Source: Nitrospirota bacterium (GTDB taxonomy: Bacteria > Nitrospirota > UBA9217). Taken from it: a stretch of DNA of 64,000 nt. Shown here piece after piece: positions 9,511 to 24,674 of the stretch. The stretch covers positions 64,001-128,000 of the forward strand of contig CAVUHW010000006.1 of the NCBI GenBank assembly GCA_963741205.1, given 5' to 3'. Below the pieces are notes generated by a model, which searched no databases, had not been told where the DNA came from, and worked only from the letters and a program-made list of their open reading frames with translations. The position numbers and the translations under genes are program-made. Within the stretch, counting starts at the first letter, position 1. Every line of letters begins with the position of its first letter.

Positions 9511-10605
9511 ATGGGTTTTAACTGCGGCATCGTCGGTCTCCCCAACGTGGGCAAGTCCACCATCTTCAATGCCCTGACCTCCGCGGGCGCGCAGGCGTCC
9601 AATTATCCTTTTACTACCATCGACCCGAACGTGGGCGTCGTGGACATGCCGGACGAGCGGCTCGACAAACTTGTCGAGATCTACAAGCCGAAAAAAAGAA
9701 CGCCCACTTCCATGGAGTTCGTGGACATCGCCGGGCTGGTCAAGGGCGCATCCCAAGGCGAAGGACTCGGCAACAAGTTCCTCGCGAACATCCGCGAGGT
9801 GGACGCGATCGCGCATATCGTGCGCTGCTTTGAGGATCCGAATGTGATACACGTTTCAGGCCGGGTCGATCCCAAGGAGGATATCGAGGTGATCGAGGCG
9901 GAGCTTATGCTTGCGGACCTCGACGCCATCGAGAAGCGCCTGTACAAGGCCGAGAAGATGACGAAGACCGGGGATAAAAAAGCCCTGGAAGAAGTGGAGT
10001 TCATGCGGCGGCTCAAGGATATGCTCTCGAAGGGCCAGCCCATCCGCCGCGCGTCCCATTCCGAGGAAGAGACCCTGTGGCTCAAGAGCTACGCCCTGCT
10101 CTCCGCTAAGCCCGTCCTCTATGTAGCGAACGTGGCGGAGGACATGGTGGACAAACCAAACCCGCTCGTAGATGCGGTAAGAAAGATCGCGGCAGAGGAA
10201 GGCGCCATGGTCGTGGTCATCTCGGGGCAGGTCGAGGGCGAGATCGCTCAACTACCGCTTGACGAGCGAAAAGAATATCTTGCGGGCATGGGCTTGAAGG
10301 AGTCCGGTCTCGACCGGATGATCCGAGCGGGCTATGAACTCCTGGGCCTCATCACCTTCCTGACGGCCGGCGAAAAGGAAGTGCGCGCCTGGACCATCAC
10401 CAAGGGCACCAAGGCTCCCCAGGCGGCGGGGAAGATCCACACGGACTTTGAGAAAGGGTTCATCCGCGCAGAGGTGTTCCATTTCGATGACCTGGTGAGG
10501 CTCGGTTCGGAGAAGGCGGTCAAAGAGGCCGGTTTGCTTCGTTCCGAAGGCAAGGATTACGTGGTAAAGGACGGCGATATCATGCTGTTCCGCTTCAACG
10601 TGTAA
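9511..10605 (+). CDS. ychF: Ribosome-binding ATPase YchF
   Basis: GIVGLPNVGKST, NYPFTTIDPN, DIAGLVKGAS.GEGLGNKFL, TGS-domain tail FRFNV; AAGGAG RBS. Confidence 0.97.
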   Translation: MGFNCGIVGLPNVGKSTIFNALTSAGAQASNYPFTTIDPNVGVVDMPDERLDKLVEIYKPKKRTPTSMEFVDIAGLVKGASQGEGLGNKFLANIREVDAIAHIVRCFEDPNVIHVSGRVDPKEDIEVIEAELMLADLDAIEKRLYKAEKMTKTGDKKALEEVEFMRRLKDMLSKGQPIRRASHSEEETLWLKSYALLSAKPVLYVANVAEDMVDKPNPLVDAVRKIAAEEGAMVVVISGQVEGEIAQLPLDERKEYLAGMGLKESGLDRMIRAGYELLGLITFLTAGEKEVRAWTITKGTKAPQAAGKIHTDFEKGFIRAEVFHFDDLVRLGSEKAVKEAGLLRSEGKDYVVKDGDIMLFRFNV

Positions 10606-10751
10606 AACTCGCGATGCGCTCATGCACCCTTTCGGGGAAAAGGTCATGCACTCGCCGGGATGTGGTCGTGCGCGCCTGATACACCGGTGCTGGAGAGAAG
10701 CTTTGACATGTTTTGGCCAGGTGAGTTACAATGAAATAAGAGGAGCAGAAG

Positions 10752-10943
10752 GTGGTTATTCGTTACCCAAAAAAGGCTGATCCAGGCGACCCAGGGAAAG
10801 AGAAAAAAACCGCGGAACGGCAAGGGGGGGCAGAAAGTGACGATGCCTGCAGGTGTAAAGAAACCTCGGTAATGCCTCCCCGTCAGCTTCTCAGGCTCAT
10901 GATAAGCGATCTGGCTTTCTGGAAAAAAGCAAAAAAGGGTTAA
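10752..10943 (+). CDS. Small hypothetical protein
   Basis: GTG start with AGGAG RBS; upstream TTGACA-18-TACAAT (10703-10732). Confidence 0.5.
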   Translation: MVIRYPKKADPGDPGKEKKTAERQGGAESDDACRCKETSVMPPRQLLRLMISDLAFWKKAKKG

Positions 10944-11008
10944 TGTGGGATCGCGCTGCGGCTTTTAAACGAGGTGTCGGCGAAGCAGGTTCTGAACGGA
11001 GATAATCG

Positions 11009-11614
11009 ATGGGTTCTAAAGCGGTCTTTCAGCCCCTTACGAGGGAAGATAAGATAACGGTTGTACTCTACCGCGCCGGTATCGTGATATCCGCCATCTT
11101 CATGAGCGGTCTGGCGCTTCTCCTGGTGACGGCATCTTCAAATTCCAGCAAAGCGCTCCTCAGCCGGTCAGCGGATATCCTTGCCTATGGCCTCTATGGC
11201 TCTGTTGGCATGAGCGTATTCTTCATTCATCTATATGTCGGCAAGTTCAAACGATTCCTTATGAACCTGTATTTTATCAGCCTGGGCTGTCTTGCCGTGC
11301 TCGTTTTCATCGGGAAAGGGTCCGTGTCCGCTGCGCTCATGAATACATCATACAGCCCTTTGCTCCTGCTGCCGCTTTCCGGATGTCTGGGGTTCGTGAC
11401 TGCGAAGGAGGCCTTCTGCTTCAAGCTCTTCGAGGGCTACCTCCTTGCCATGATCATGCCGCTCTACCTCCTGCTTGTTTCGAGAAACGTCCTCACCTAT
11501 GCGGGCGTGTCCTATGGCCTGGTCGTGATCGCAGTCATGCTTGCCGTCTTCACGCTGCGAAAAATCACTATGCCCCTCGCCTACGATATCGGTGACAAAA
11601 CCGCCTATAGCTAA
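11009..11614 (+). CDS. DUF2301-family integral membrane protein
   Basis: D...V.LYRAG, IHLY, KEAFCF..EG and C-terminal DIGDKT motifs. Confidence 0.8.
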   Translation: MGSKAVFQPLTREDKITVVLYRAGIVISAIFMSGLALLLVTASSNSSKALLSRSADILAYGLYGSVGMSVFFIHLYVGKFKRFLMNLYFISLGCLAVLVFIGKGSVSAALMNTSYSPLLLLPLSGCLGFVTAKEAFCFKLFEGYLLAMIMPLYLLLVSRNVLTYAGVSYGLVVIAVMLAVFTLRKITMPLAYDIGDKTAYS

Positions 11615-11659
11615 AAACCAAAAGAAGAGCGATTGGACGCGAAGGCAGCACAGGGTCGC

Positions 11660-11997
11660 GTGGCGATCGGCGCGACCTTGAGGTTCGCTTTTTTCTTCAG
11701 GATGTTGACGCCGTAGAGGGTGGGAAAAATCTAAGCTTCGATTCCCATGCTTCGGGCTCCCGTGGCGAGAAGGAGCGGAGGGTAGGCCATGTCAAGGGTC
11801 CCCTTGGAGGCGATGATCGTGCAGCGGTTTTTGTTCGCCTTGAGCTCTACCTCATGGACCTTGGTGTCGACGGCCTTGATCTTTTTATTGAGGGAATTGC
11901 ACACCTGCCGCGACGCTTCAATGATCCGCTGGTCGATGTACTTGTTCAGATGCGCCTTGAGTTTCGGGTCAAGTTTCTTGTCTGTCTCGACGGCCAT
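11660..11997 (-). pseudogene. Truncated DsrE/DsrF/DrsH-like (DsrE2) sulfur-carrier gene with an in-frame TAG
   Basis: IIASKGTLDMAYPPLLLA; similarity continues past the TAG (11731-11733) as IFPTLYGVNILKKKANLKVAPIA and then stops; the C-terminal half is missing. Confidence 0.7.
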
Positions 11998-11998
11998 C

Positions 11999-13102
11999 TT
12001 ATCCTCCCATGCCGGTTAATTCCTCCATGAGGGACTTGACGGGAATAATTTTATCCACGCGGGACGCGTTTGTGCCCACGGTGAAGAGCGCTTCTTCCTC
12101 GACCGGATTGTATCCCGCCGAACTCAGCAGGCCGTTACAGATGCAGAAATAATCCTTGTTGTCTTCCTTAGCGGGACAGACCGTGAATTTCCCCTCTGTG
12201 TCCTTCATGAGAACGTAGCCTTTGTCGCATTTGGGTTTCCGCAGCCGCTGCAGCGATGACACGTACATGGGCGACTGCTTTATGACCCGAAACGGCAAAC
12301 CGCAGGGGGATCCCGGACGATGCGCCACCACGATATCATGTTCCTTCGCTTGGATAACGGCGTCCTTGTATGCCGCGGAGGCGCTGCTTTCCTCCGTGGC
12401 GAGGAAGCGGGTCCCCATCTGGACGCCATCGGCCCCCTTGCTCATAAACTGCTGTATATCGCGATGCGTGTAGATCCCACCGGCGACGATGACGGGAAAG
12501 TCGCCGAATTTCATTGCCGTTTCTTTTACCGAGGGAAACAAGTTCTCAAGCTTGTTGGACTCCAGAGCGACCTGGTCTATCCTGAAACCCAAGTGACCAC
12601 CCGCGAGAGGCCCCTCAAGCACAACAGCATCGGGCCGGTAGCCCAACTTTTCCCATTTTTTACAAATAATATCGAGAGCGCGTGCCGATGAAACAATAGG
12701 AATCAGGGCCGTGTCCTTGGGTGGCTGAATGGCAGGCAGATTCAACGGCAAGCCGGCGCCGGAGATGATGGCGTCTGCGCCGGCATCGAGAGCCCCTTTG
12801 ACCGAATCGTTAAAGTCCCTCGCAAGGGCTCCCATGATATTGATCCCAATGAAACCGCCCGGTGTCTTCGAGAGGGAAATCTCCTCGTAGGCGGCCTCAT
12901 AGGTATTCACTTTTTTGCTTCCTCTCTTGGATACGAGCCGGTCAAGACACGCGCTTGATACGATGCCGAGGCCGCCTTCACGAGCTACCGCTTTCGCCAG
13001 GGGGTGGAGTGACACGCCGACACCCATCCCGCCTTGGATAATAGGTACTTTTATATGCTTGCCTTTGATGATAAGTGGTTTTAATACTGAATCAGGTTTC
13101 AA
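11999..13102 (-). CDS. Nitronate monooxygenase / 2-nitropropane dioxygenase-like flavoprotein
   Basis: PIIQGGMGVGVS, SGAGLP, EGPLAGGHLG, AGGI, GVQMGTRF, Cys-rich tail; TTG start after AAGGGGG. Confidence 0.88.
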   Translation of the reverse strand: MKPDSVLKPLIIKGKHIKVPIIQGGMGVGVSLHPLAKAVAREGGLGIVSSACLDRLVSKRGSKKVNTYEAAYEEISLSKTPGGFIGINIMGALARDFNDSVKGALDAGADAIISGAGLPLNLPAIQPPKDTALIPIVSSARALDIICKKWEKLGYRPDAVVLEGPLAGGHLGFRIDQVALESNKLENLFPSVKETAMKFGDFPVIVAGGIYTHRDIQQFMSKGADGVQMGTRFLATEESSASAAYKDAVIQAKEHDIVVAHRPGSPCGLPFRVIKQSPMYVSSLQRLRKPKCDKGYVLMKDTEGKFTVCPAKEDNKDYFCICNGLLSSAGYNPVEEEALFTVGTNASRVDKIIPVKSLMEELTGMGG

Positions 13103-13358
13103 ATCGCCCCCTTGAAATTCAAACTCCCACGAGAAGGTAGGAATGTGTATCGTAGTAATTCTGCATGCAACTTTTTTGAATAGAGCGGAATAGAGCGGGA
13201 AGTCCGTTCCGTTAGGCCCGTTAGACAAGAGCAAAAAAGTTTAAGTATTATACCATATTGAAAAACCATATACAACCAGAAGTTAGCTCTTTTGCCATGA
13301 CAGGGGGCCAAACCGGAGGTTGACAATTCTGCCCCACTGTGCGATTATCCCTCCGCGT

Positions 13359-14288
13359 ATGAGGATTGTTCGCGGCCTAAAAAATTTCACCGAGCGGCTT
13401 CCGAGCCCGGTGCTTACCCTCGGAAATTTCGATGGAGTACACTTGGGGCACCAGGCAATTTTCCGGAAGGTCGTGGCGCGCGCCCGGGAGCTTGGCGGTA
13501 CGAGTATCGCCTTTACGTTCGAACCGCATCCCCTCAAAGTGCTCGCTCCCGAGCGTTCACCGAAACTGCTCAACACCTTCCACGGGAAAATGAAACTCCT
13601 TTCGACGGCCGGAATTGAGGTGGTCATCTGCGCCAATTTTACCCGTGCCTTTGCCGATCAGAATCCCGAGGATTTCGCGCGAGAGGTCCTTCATGAGAAG
13701 ATAGGGGTAAGAGAGGTATATGTCGGATACGATTACGCCTTTGGCAAAGACCGGGAGGGGAGCATCGACTCCCTGAAGCGCATGGGCAGGACCTACGGGT
13801 TTACCGTGGGTGTCGTTGAAGCGGTCCGGGTAAATGGCGTCGTGGTCAGCAGTTCCTCGATCCGGGATCTGATCGCAAGCGGCAAGATAGAGGATGCGGC
13901 CGTACTCCTCGGCAGGCACTATATGATCGAAGGGGATGTAGTGCATGGTGCACGGCGGGGGCAGCAGCTCGGGTATCCGACGGCCAACCTGAAAACGACG
14001 AACGAACTCATTCCCGGCTATGGCGTATATGCGGTGCTCGCCTCCATAGACGGCCGCGCCTACAAAGGAGTGGCATCGATCGGCGTCCGGCCGACCTTTG
14101 ATGCTGGCCCTGTGTCCGTGGAAGTGTATCTGTTTAATTTTCAAGGGGACCTTTACGGCAAGCAGATGGATGTTTCATTTATTAAGCATCTTCGCGGCGA
14201 AGAAAAATTTCCCGATGCGGATGCGCTGGTGCGGCAGATCCGGAAGGACGTCGAGGACGCCAAACATGCCCTTGAACATGCCGTATGA
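13359..14288 (+). CDS. ribF: Bifunctional riboflavin kinase / FAD synthetase
   Basis: GNFDGVHLGHQ, TFEPHP, VSSSSIR, GYPTAN, GVRPTF, LRGEEKF. Confidence 0.96.
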   Translation: MRIVRGLKNFTERLPSPVLTLGNFDGVHLGHQAIFRKVVARARELGGTSIAFTFEPHPLKVLAPERSPKLLNTFHGKMKLLSTAGIEVVICANFTRAFADQNPEDFAREVLHEKIGVREVYVGYDYAFGKDREGSIDSLKRMGRTYGFTVGVVEAVRVNGVVVSSSSIRDLIASGKIEDAAVLLGRHYMIEGDVVHGARRGQQLGYPTANLKTTNELIPGYGVYAVLASIDGRAYKGVASIGVRPTFDAGPVSVEVYLFNFQGDLYGKQMDVSFIKHLRGEEKFPDADALVRQIRKDVEDAKHALEHAV

Positions 14289-14412
14289 CCCTGCGGAAGC
14301 CGCAGATGAGGGGCATGCTAAAGTGATGCTGTTTCCGAAATGTGCCGGGACAGGGGCAGCGCCCGTGGCGCGATAGATTGTCACCATCTTGCGCGGAAGG
14401 GGGTGAGGAAGA

Positions 14413-14490
14413 ATGGCGTGCGGTTCAAAGTGCGGAGCGAAAAAGTCGGCCAAGAAAACGACGGCAACAAAAAAAACGACGAAGAAATAA
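14413..14490 (+). CDS. Unannotated 25-aa Cys/Lys-rich small protein MACGSKCGAKKSAKKTTATKKTTKK
   Basis: Strong SD (aagggggtgagg) upstream and a hairpin (aggcgggc...gcccgcct) downstream. Confidence 0.6.
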   Translation: MACGSKCGAKKSAKKTTATKKTTKK

Positions 14491-14789
14491 TATCCAAGAA
14501 ACACGTCCGGAAAGGCGGGCGAACCAGCCCGCCTCATTTCCCGCATACATCTTACCTCAGGCTCACCGTCGCGGTCCCCCAATGCCGGTCATGCAACCGT
14601 TCCGGCAGCGTTCTTTCAATATTGAATTGACTTTTTTACCGGCCTGTGATAGATACACCATTCTGCGAACGTTTAGGGAGCGTCGGTAAAGACTTGTGTT
14701 ATCATTCTCTTGCACCAGCAAGTCCGGGGGCCGGAGAGGCCGTTCGAAGGGTTATCACCGAAGTACGGCAAGGGAATACTAAAAGGAAT

Positions 14790-16008
14790 ATGCTTACAGC
14801 AAAAGAACAACTTGAAATCATAAAACGCGGAGCGGTCGAAATCATCGTCGAAGAGGACCTCCTGAAGAAACTGGAGAAGTCCGTTTCGAAGAAGATGCCG
14901 CTTCGGATCAAGGCAGGTTTCGATCCCACGGCTCCAGACATTCATCTTGGTCATACAGTGCTTTTAAACAAGATGCACCAATTTCAGGAACTGGGGCACG
15001 AGGTAATTTTTTTGATCGGCGATTTTACCGGAATGATCGGTGATCCTACCGGCAAGTCGGAGACAAGGAAGCACCTTACCCGGGAAGAAGTGTTGGAGAA
15101 CGCGAAGACCTACCAAGTGCAGATCTATAAGATTTTAGATCCCACGAAAACCAGAATCGTCTTCAACAGCGAATGGATGTCAAAGATGACGGCCGTTGAT
15201 CTCATCCAACTGGCCGCCAAACACACGGTGGCCCGGATGCTCGAGCGCGAGGATTTCAGAAAGCGCTATGAGGCTCAGCTGCCGATCAGCATTCACGAAT
15301 TTCTATATCCCCTTATTCAGGGGTATGATTCCGTAATGCTCAAGGCCGACGTAGAATTGGGGGGGACGGACCAAAAGTTCAATCTTCTGGTCGGCCGGGA
15401 ACTCCAGAAGGAGTATGGCCAGGAGCCGCAGTCTATCGTTATGATGCCTCTTCTCGAAGGCCTGGACGGCGTGAACAAGATGAGCAAGAGCCTGGGGAAT
15501 TATATTGGAATTAACGATCCCGCGAAAGAGATCTTCGGCAAGGTGATGTCGATCAGCGATGACTTGATGTTCAGGTATTATGAACTAGTGAGCGCAGTAT
15601 CGCTCGGAGACCTGGAAAAGATGAAGACCGATATGAAATCGGGCGTCCTTCATCCCATGGAGATTAAGAAGAGGCTCGCCGCTGAGCTGGTGGATCGGTT
15701 CAGCGGAGCATGGCGAAGGTGCGAAGGCCCGTGAGGAATTCGAAAAAGTATTCAGCAGCCGTCTTCTCCCTGATGCAATCCCGGTTGCCAAGATCGCCTG
15801 GGAAGGGGAAAAGATGAAGCTCGTGAGGATCATGGCCCTGGCCGGGGTGGCGAAGAGTAATTCCGACGCGCGGCGACTGATCCAGCAGGGTGCGGTTGAG
15901 GTGGACCAACAGGCCGTGAGGGATGTGGACGCAGAACTACCCGCTTCCCGAAGCCATATTCTTCGAGTGGGAAAGAAGAGGTTTGTACAGGTTCTCGCTA
16001 AAAATTAA
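14790..16008 (+). CDS. tyrS: Tyrosine--tRNA ligase; frameshift near 15710
   Basis: [35 protein letters not shown]-terminal S4 domain ([20 protein letters not shown]). Confidence 0.95.
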
Positions 16009-16033
16009 AAAAGTACTGCCTGCGAAAAAAGTC

Positions 16034-16194
16034 TTGACAGGCGAAACGGATTCTGATAAATTGCGCCTTCGTTCGGTGGTAAACCTCGGGCAAAACCTCG
16101 AAGTTCTATAATGCCTATCGAGCTTTACGAGTAGTAAATAATTTTAATAAGACTAAATAAATTTCTTGACAAATCTGGTAGAATTAATTATAGT
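16034..16194 (+). promoter_or_regulatory. Tandem rrn promoters P1/P2
   Basis: TTGACA(16034)-17-TAAATT and TTGACA(16166)-17-TATAGT; boxA-like gtctttgaaaa near 16217. Confidence 0.75.
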
Positions 16195-16338
16195 TCATAT
16201 TCTGCGAAGCAACATGGTCTTTGAAAACTAAATAGGTGCATTAAGTTCCAAGGTGCTTTGTAAGACTTTGGAACGGCGGGTTGTAAGAAGTACACTAGTC
16301 AAATTACTTTTGAGCAGCATTGCTTAAAGGATCAGATT

Positions 16339-17907
<1,569 letters not shown>

Positions 17908-18102
17908 GCTTTGAGATCTTCGGATCTCACATTCCTAGGTCGTTCCGCCAGCACCTATTTAGTTTTGAAGGACCATGAGTAAGAAATCCGAATCCCTAAA
18001 TTCGAATTTCGAAATTAGGGATTTAGAATTTTAAGTTGCTCAGGGCTATAGGCATGGGCTCGGAGCTTTACCCCCGGGAAAAGTCCTGAGCCGAAACGAA
18101 AC

Positions 18103-18179
<77 letters not shown>

Positions 18180-18256
18180 TATCAATTGCGGATTTCAGAT
18201 TTCGGATTTCGGATTTTCATTCCGCAACCCGCAATTGCCAATCCGAAATACTTATC

Positions 18257-18332
18257 GGGGCTGTAGCTCAGCTGGGAGAGCACCTGCTTTGCAAGCAGGG
18301 GGTCAGCGGTTCGATCCCGCTCAGCTCCACCA
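18257..18332 (+). tRNA. tRNA-Ala (TGC)
   Basis: ggggctgtagctcag...cctgcttTGCaagcagg...agctccacca. Confidence 0.97.
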
Positions 18333-18503
18333 AATAATTCAAAATTTAAAATTCAACATTCAAGCAGATTGAGTATTGAATTTTAAATTTTGATTTCCTG
18401 AGCCGAAAGCTCAGGATTGTTCTTTGACAACTGAATAAGCAAGATACAAGAGAAGCTGAGGCGAAAATCAAGAAACGCCGAATCTGCCAGAGGCAGGTTC
18501 GGT

Positions 18504-21503
<3,000 letters not shown>

Positions 21504-21595
21504 ACTATTATTATTACCACTGAATCTGCTTCTGACAGATTCGGCTTTTCTAGGTATTCTTGCTTATTCGTTGTCATTGATTATTGTCACAGGCT

Positions 21596-21712
<117 letters not shown>

Positions 21713-21721
21713 ATATATTAC

Positions 21722-21760
21722 AAAAGCCCATCATGCATTGCATGATGGGCTTTTTCTTTT
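21722..21760 (+). terminator. rrn intrinsic terminator
   Basis: aaaagcccatcatgca-t-tgcatgatgggctttt followed by a T-rich tail. Confidence 0.9.
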
Positions 21761-21902
21761 ACGCTGCTTTTGAAGCAGCGCTGAAGTCCACCGGGCATTC
21801 CACCCTGAGTGTCCGCTCCAGAATTAGTCTGTCCATCGGCACTGAACAGCTATAGATCAGTTCATCGCCTGCCGAGGTCGAGGAACACCTGCCGGTCATT
21901 AG

Positions 21903-22055
21903 GAACTCATTACTCAGGCCTCGTCTGTCGGCACCGCTATCATCAGTAGGGTCGAAGTGGCGGCGGCCTTAGCAAAGGCCGTGCGAATGAAGCTTTTGAC
22001 TCGAAATGATGCCGCTTCCTCTCTCCAGGTCTTCGACGAGTTGGAAAAAAGATGA
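21903..22055 (+). pseudogene. Internal fragment of a PIN-domain VapC-type toxin
   Basis: ELITQASSVGTAIISRVEVAAALAKAVRMKLLTRNDAASSLQVF; no start codon, N-terminal Asp motif or C-terminus. Confidence 0.55.
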
Positions 22056-22475
22056 ACGAGGGGAAAAGTAAATCTATCAAAGCTCTCAAGAGGATCCAGC
22101 AAAAAAACGCCGCGCCCCTTAGCTGCGCGTTCTGTGTACTACAAACAGAATTTGTTAGATTTTACTCGAGAGCGGTCTGCGACCTTGCAGGTGTAAGTGA
22201 CGAAATACGATGCAGTAGCTGCAAGGAAAATTCTCCGGATTCACTGGCAGGAATATATCGGAACAGCCGGAAAGAATTAATCGGAAGGCCAGCAGATATT
22301 CTTCGGAATCTGCATATATCGACTGATTTGCAAAACCGCCCCCTCCCTTTTTCTTATCGTATGAAAGCATTTTGACAATTTCCCAATTCTCGCTCAATTG
22401 TGGTTGAATTGTGATTTTTTTTCTGCTACAGTAATTGCGGCTCTTGCTTATACTAGCACACAAAGGAGGCAGGAA

Positions 22476-23743
22476 ATGAAAAGATTATTCATGGCAATGG
22501 CTCTGGTGGGTAGTCTGGCAGCTCAGGCATTTGCGGGAGACACGATCAAGATCGCACTGACCGGACCGTATTCCGGCGGTTCGGCGCCCATGGGCACGTC
22601 CGCGCGCGACGGCTCGAAGCTGGCCATCGCCGAGATCAATGCCGCCGGCGGCGTGCAGGTGGGCGACAAGAAGATGAAGTTCGAGGTGATCGAGCGGGAC
22701 GACGAGGCGAAGAACGAGCGGGGCGCCCTGATCGCGCAGGAGCTCGCGTCCATGACCGATCTTTCCGGCATCATCGGCACGGTGAACACCGGCGTGGCGA
22801 TGGCCGGGGACAAGCACATCATGGAAAAGGGCATCACCAAGATCATCTGCCCGGCCGCGGGCTCCATGTCCATGATGCAGTGGGCCGACAGGCCCGCGAC
22901 CGCGGACAAGCCGGCCTTTGCCGGTCCCAAGGACCTCTCGATCTTCCGGTTCGCCGCCCACGACGGCATCCAGTCCGCCATGGTGGTCGAGGAGGCGATC
23001 AACCGCAAGTACACCAAGGTGGCGGTCCTCTTCGACTCCACAAACTACGGCGTCTCGGGCCGCGACGACATGCTGAACCAGATCAAGACGCAGGGGAACA
23101 AGCTCGAGGTCGTGGCGCTCGAGAAGTACAACATCGGCGACAAGGACATGACCGCCCAGCTTGTAAAGGCCAAATCGACCGGCGCCCAGGCCATCCTGAT
23201 CTGGGGCATCGGACCGGAGCTGGCGGCCGTGGCGAACGGCATGGCCAAGCTCGGCATGAAGGAGCCGCTCATCGGCGGCTGGACGCTCTCCATGTCGAAC
23301 TACATCGATAACGCGGGAGCGAACGGCAACGGCACGCTGATGCCGCAGACCTTCATCGAAGAGCCGATCACGCCGCGGGCCAAGGCATTCATCGAAGCCT
23401 ACCACAAGGCCTACAACGTGACGCGCATCCCGTCGCCGGTCGTCGGCGGCCCAGGGCTATGACGCGGTGCTCATCTTCGCCGCTGCAGTGAAGCAGGCAA
23501 AGAGCACGGACACGAAGCTCGATCAAGCTCGCGCTTGAGGACCTGAAGGAGCCGGTCCAGGGCGTCATCGCCCTGTGGCAGAAGCCATACAGCAAGTGGG
23601 ATCCCGCGAACGTGGACACCCACGAGGCCTTCCGCCGCGCCCAGGTCGTGATGGGCATGGTGAAGGACGGCCGTGTCGTCTTCGGCAACGAAGCTGACCG
23701 CCAGCGCCTCACCAAGGGTGCGACCGCGCCGAAAGGGAAGTAA
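22476..23743 (+). CDS. Branched-chain amino-acid (Liv-type) ABC substrate-binding protein; frameshifts near 23440-23520
   Basis: Signal peptide, IKIALTGPYSG, ERDDEA, DSTNYG, GYDAV in the shifted frame; AGGAGG RBS. Confidence 0.85.
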
Positions 23744-23794
23744 GGTGGCCGACGGCTCTTACCAACATCATTGCCCTCTCTGGCGGGGCGCAGT

Positions 23795-24674
23795 ATGACT
23801 GCGTCCGTCGTCCCCCAGTTGATCGTGAGCGGGGCGCTGATGGGCCTGGTCTACGCCCTCGTTGCCTACGGGTTCCAGCTCACCTACGCCACGAGCAAGA
23901 GCATCAACTTCGGCCAGGGTGAGCTGGTGATGGTCTCCGCCTTCTTCAGCCTCACCCTGACGAAGCTGGGGCTTCCCTACTGGCTGATGGTGCCCTGGCG
24001 GCCTGCTGTTCGGCGTGCTCCTCGGCCTGTTCGTTGAGCGCGCCGCGGTGCGCCTCGCGCTGGAGCAGAAGAGCGAAGGCTGGATCCTCCTGACGATCAT
24101 CCTCGGGCTTTTCTTCTTTTCCGCGGCGGAGAATATCTGGGGCCGGGACGACCAGCCCTTCCCGACGCCGATCTCTTCCGATGCGATCCAGGTGCTCGGC
24201 ATCAGCATCACTCCCGCTGGAGATCTCCGTGGCAGTGGGCGTCTTCGCCATCATGGGGCTCATCGAGCTGTTCAAGCGCACGACCCTTCTCGGCAAGGCC
24301 TTCGAGGCCGTATCCGCCGACCGCGATGCCGCGGAGCTCATGGGTGTCTCCGCAAGGCGGACGATCATGCTCTCCTACGGCCTGTCCGGCCTGTCCGCGG
24401 CCGTGGCGGGCATCCTCGTTTCCCCGATCACGACAGTGGGGCCGACCATGGCATCGGTCCTTGTGCTCAAGGCCTTCTCCGTCGCGGTCGTGGCCGGGCT
24501 CGAGTCCGGCTTCGGCGTGGTCCTGGTCGGCATGTTTCTCGGGTCGCTCGAAAGCCTGACGAGCTTCTATATCGGCAGCGGCTGGCGCGAAGCGCCCGGC
24601 CTCGTTCTCCTGATCCTTGCCCTTGCTGTCCGCCCCACCGGCGTGTTCGGCAAGGCCGTGATCGGAAGGTCTGA
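23795..24674 (+). CDS. LivH-like ABC permease (several frameshifts)
   Basis: GLVYALVAYGF, INFGQGE, RTTLLGKAFEAV..DRDAAELMG, RPTGVFG. Confidence 0.8.

Noticed and set aside
11731-11733. Pyrrolysine or amber recoding in dsrE2
   Set aside because: Homology ends shortly after the TAG, and TAG is a normal stop elsewhere (prs, pth, trpB).
14490-14790. Possible T-box riboswitch upstream of tyrS
   Set aside because: No GGTGGNACC T-box motif or terminator/antiterminator pair found.
22052-22375. 107-aa ORF upstream of the liv operon
   Set aside because: No clear RBS, atypical composition and no recognisable family.
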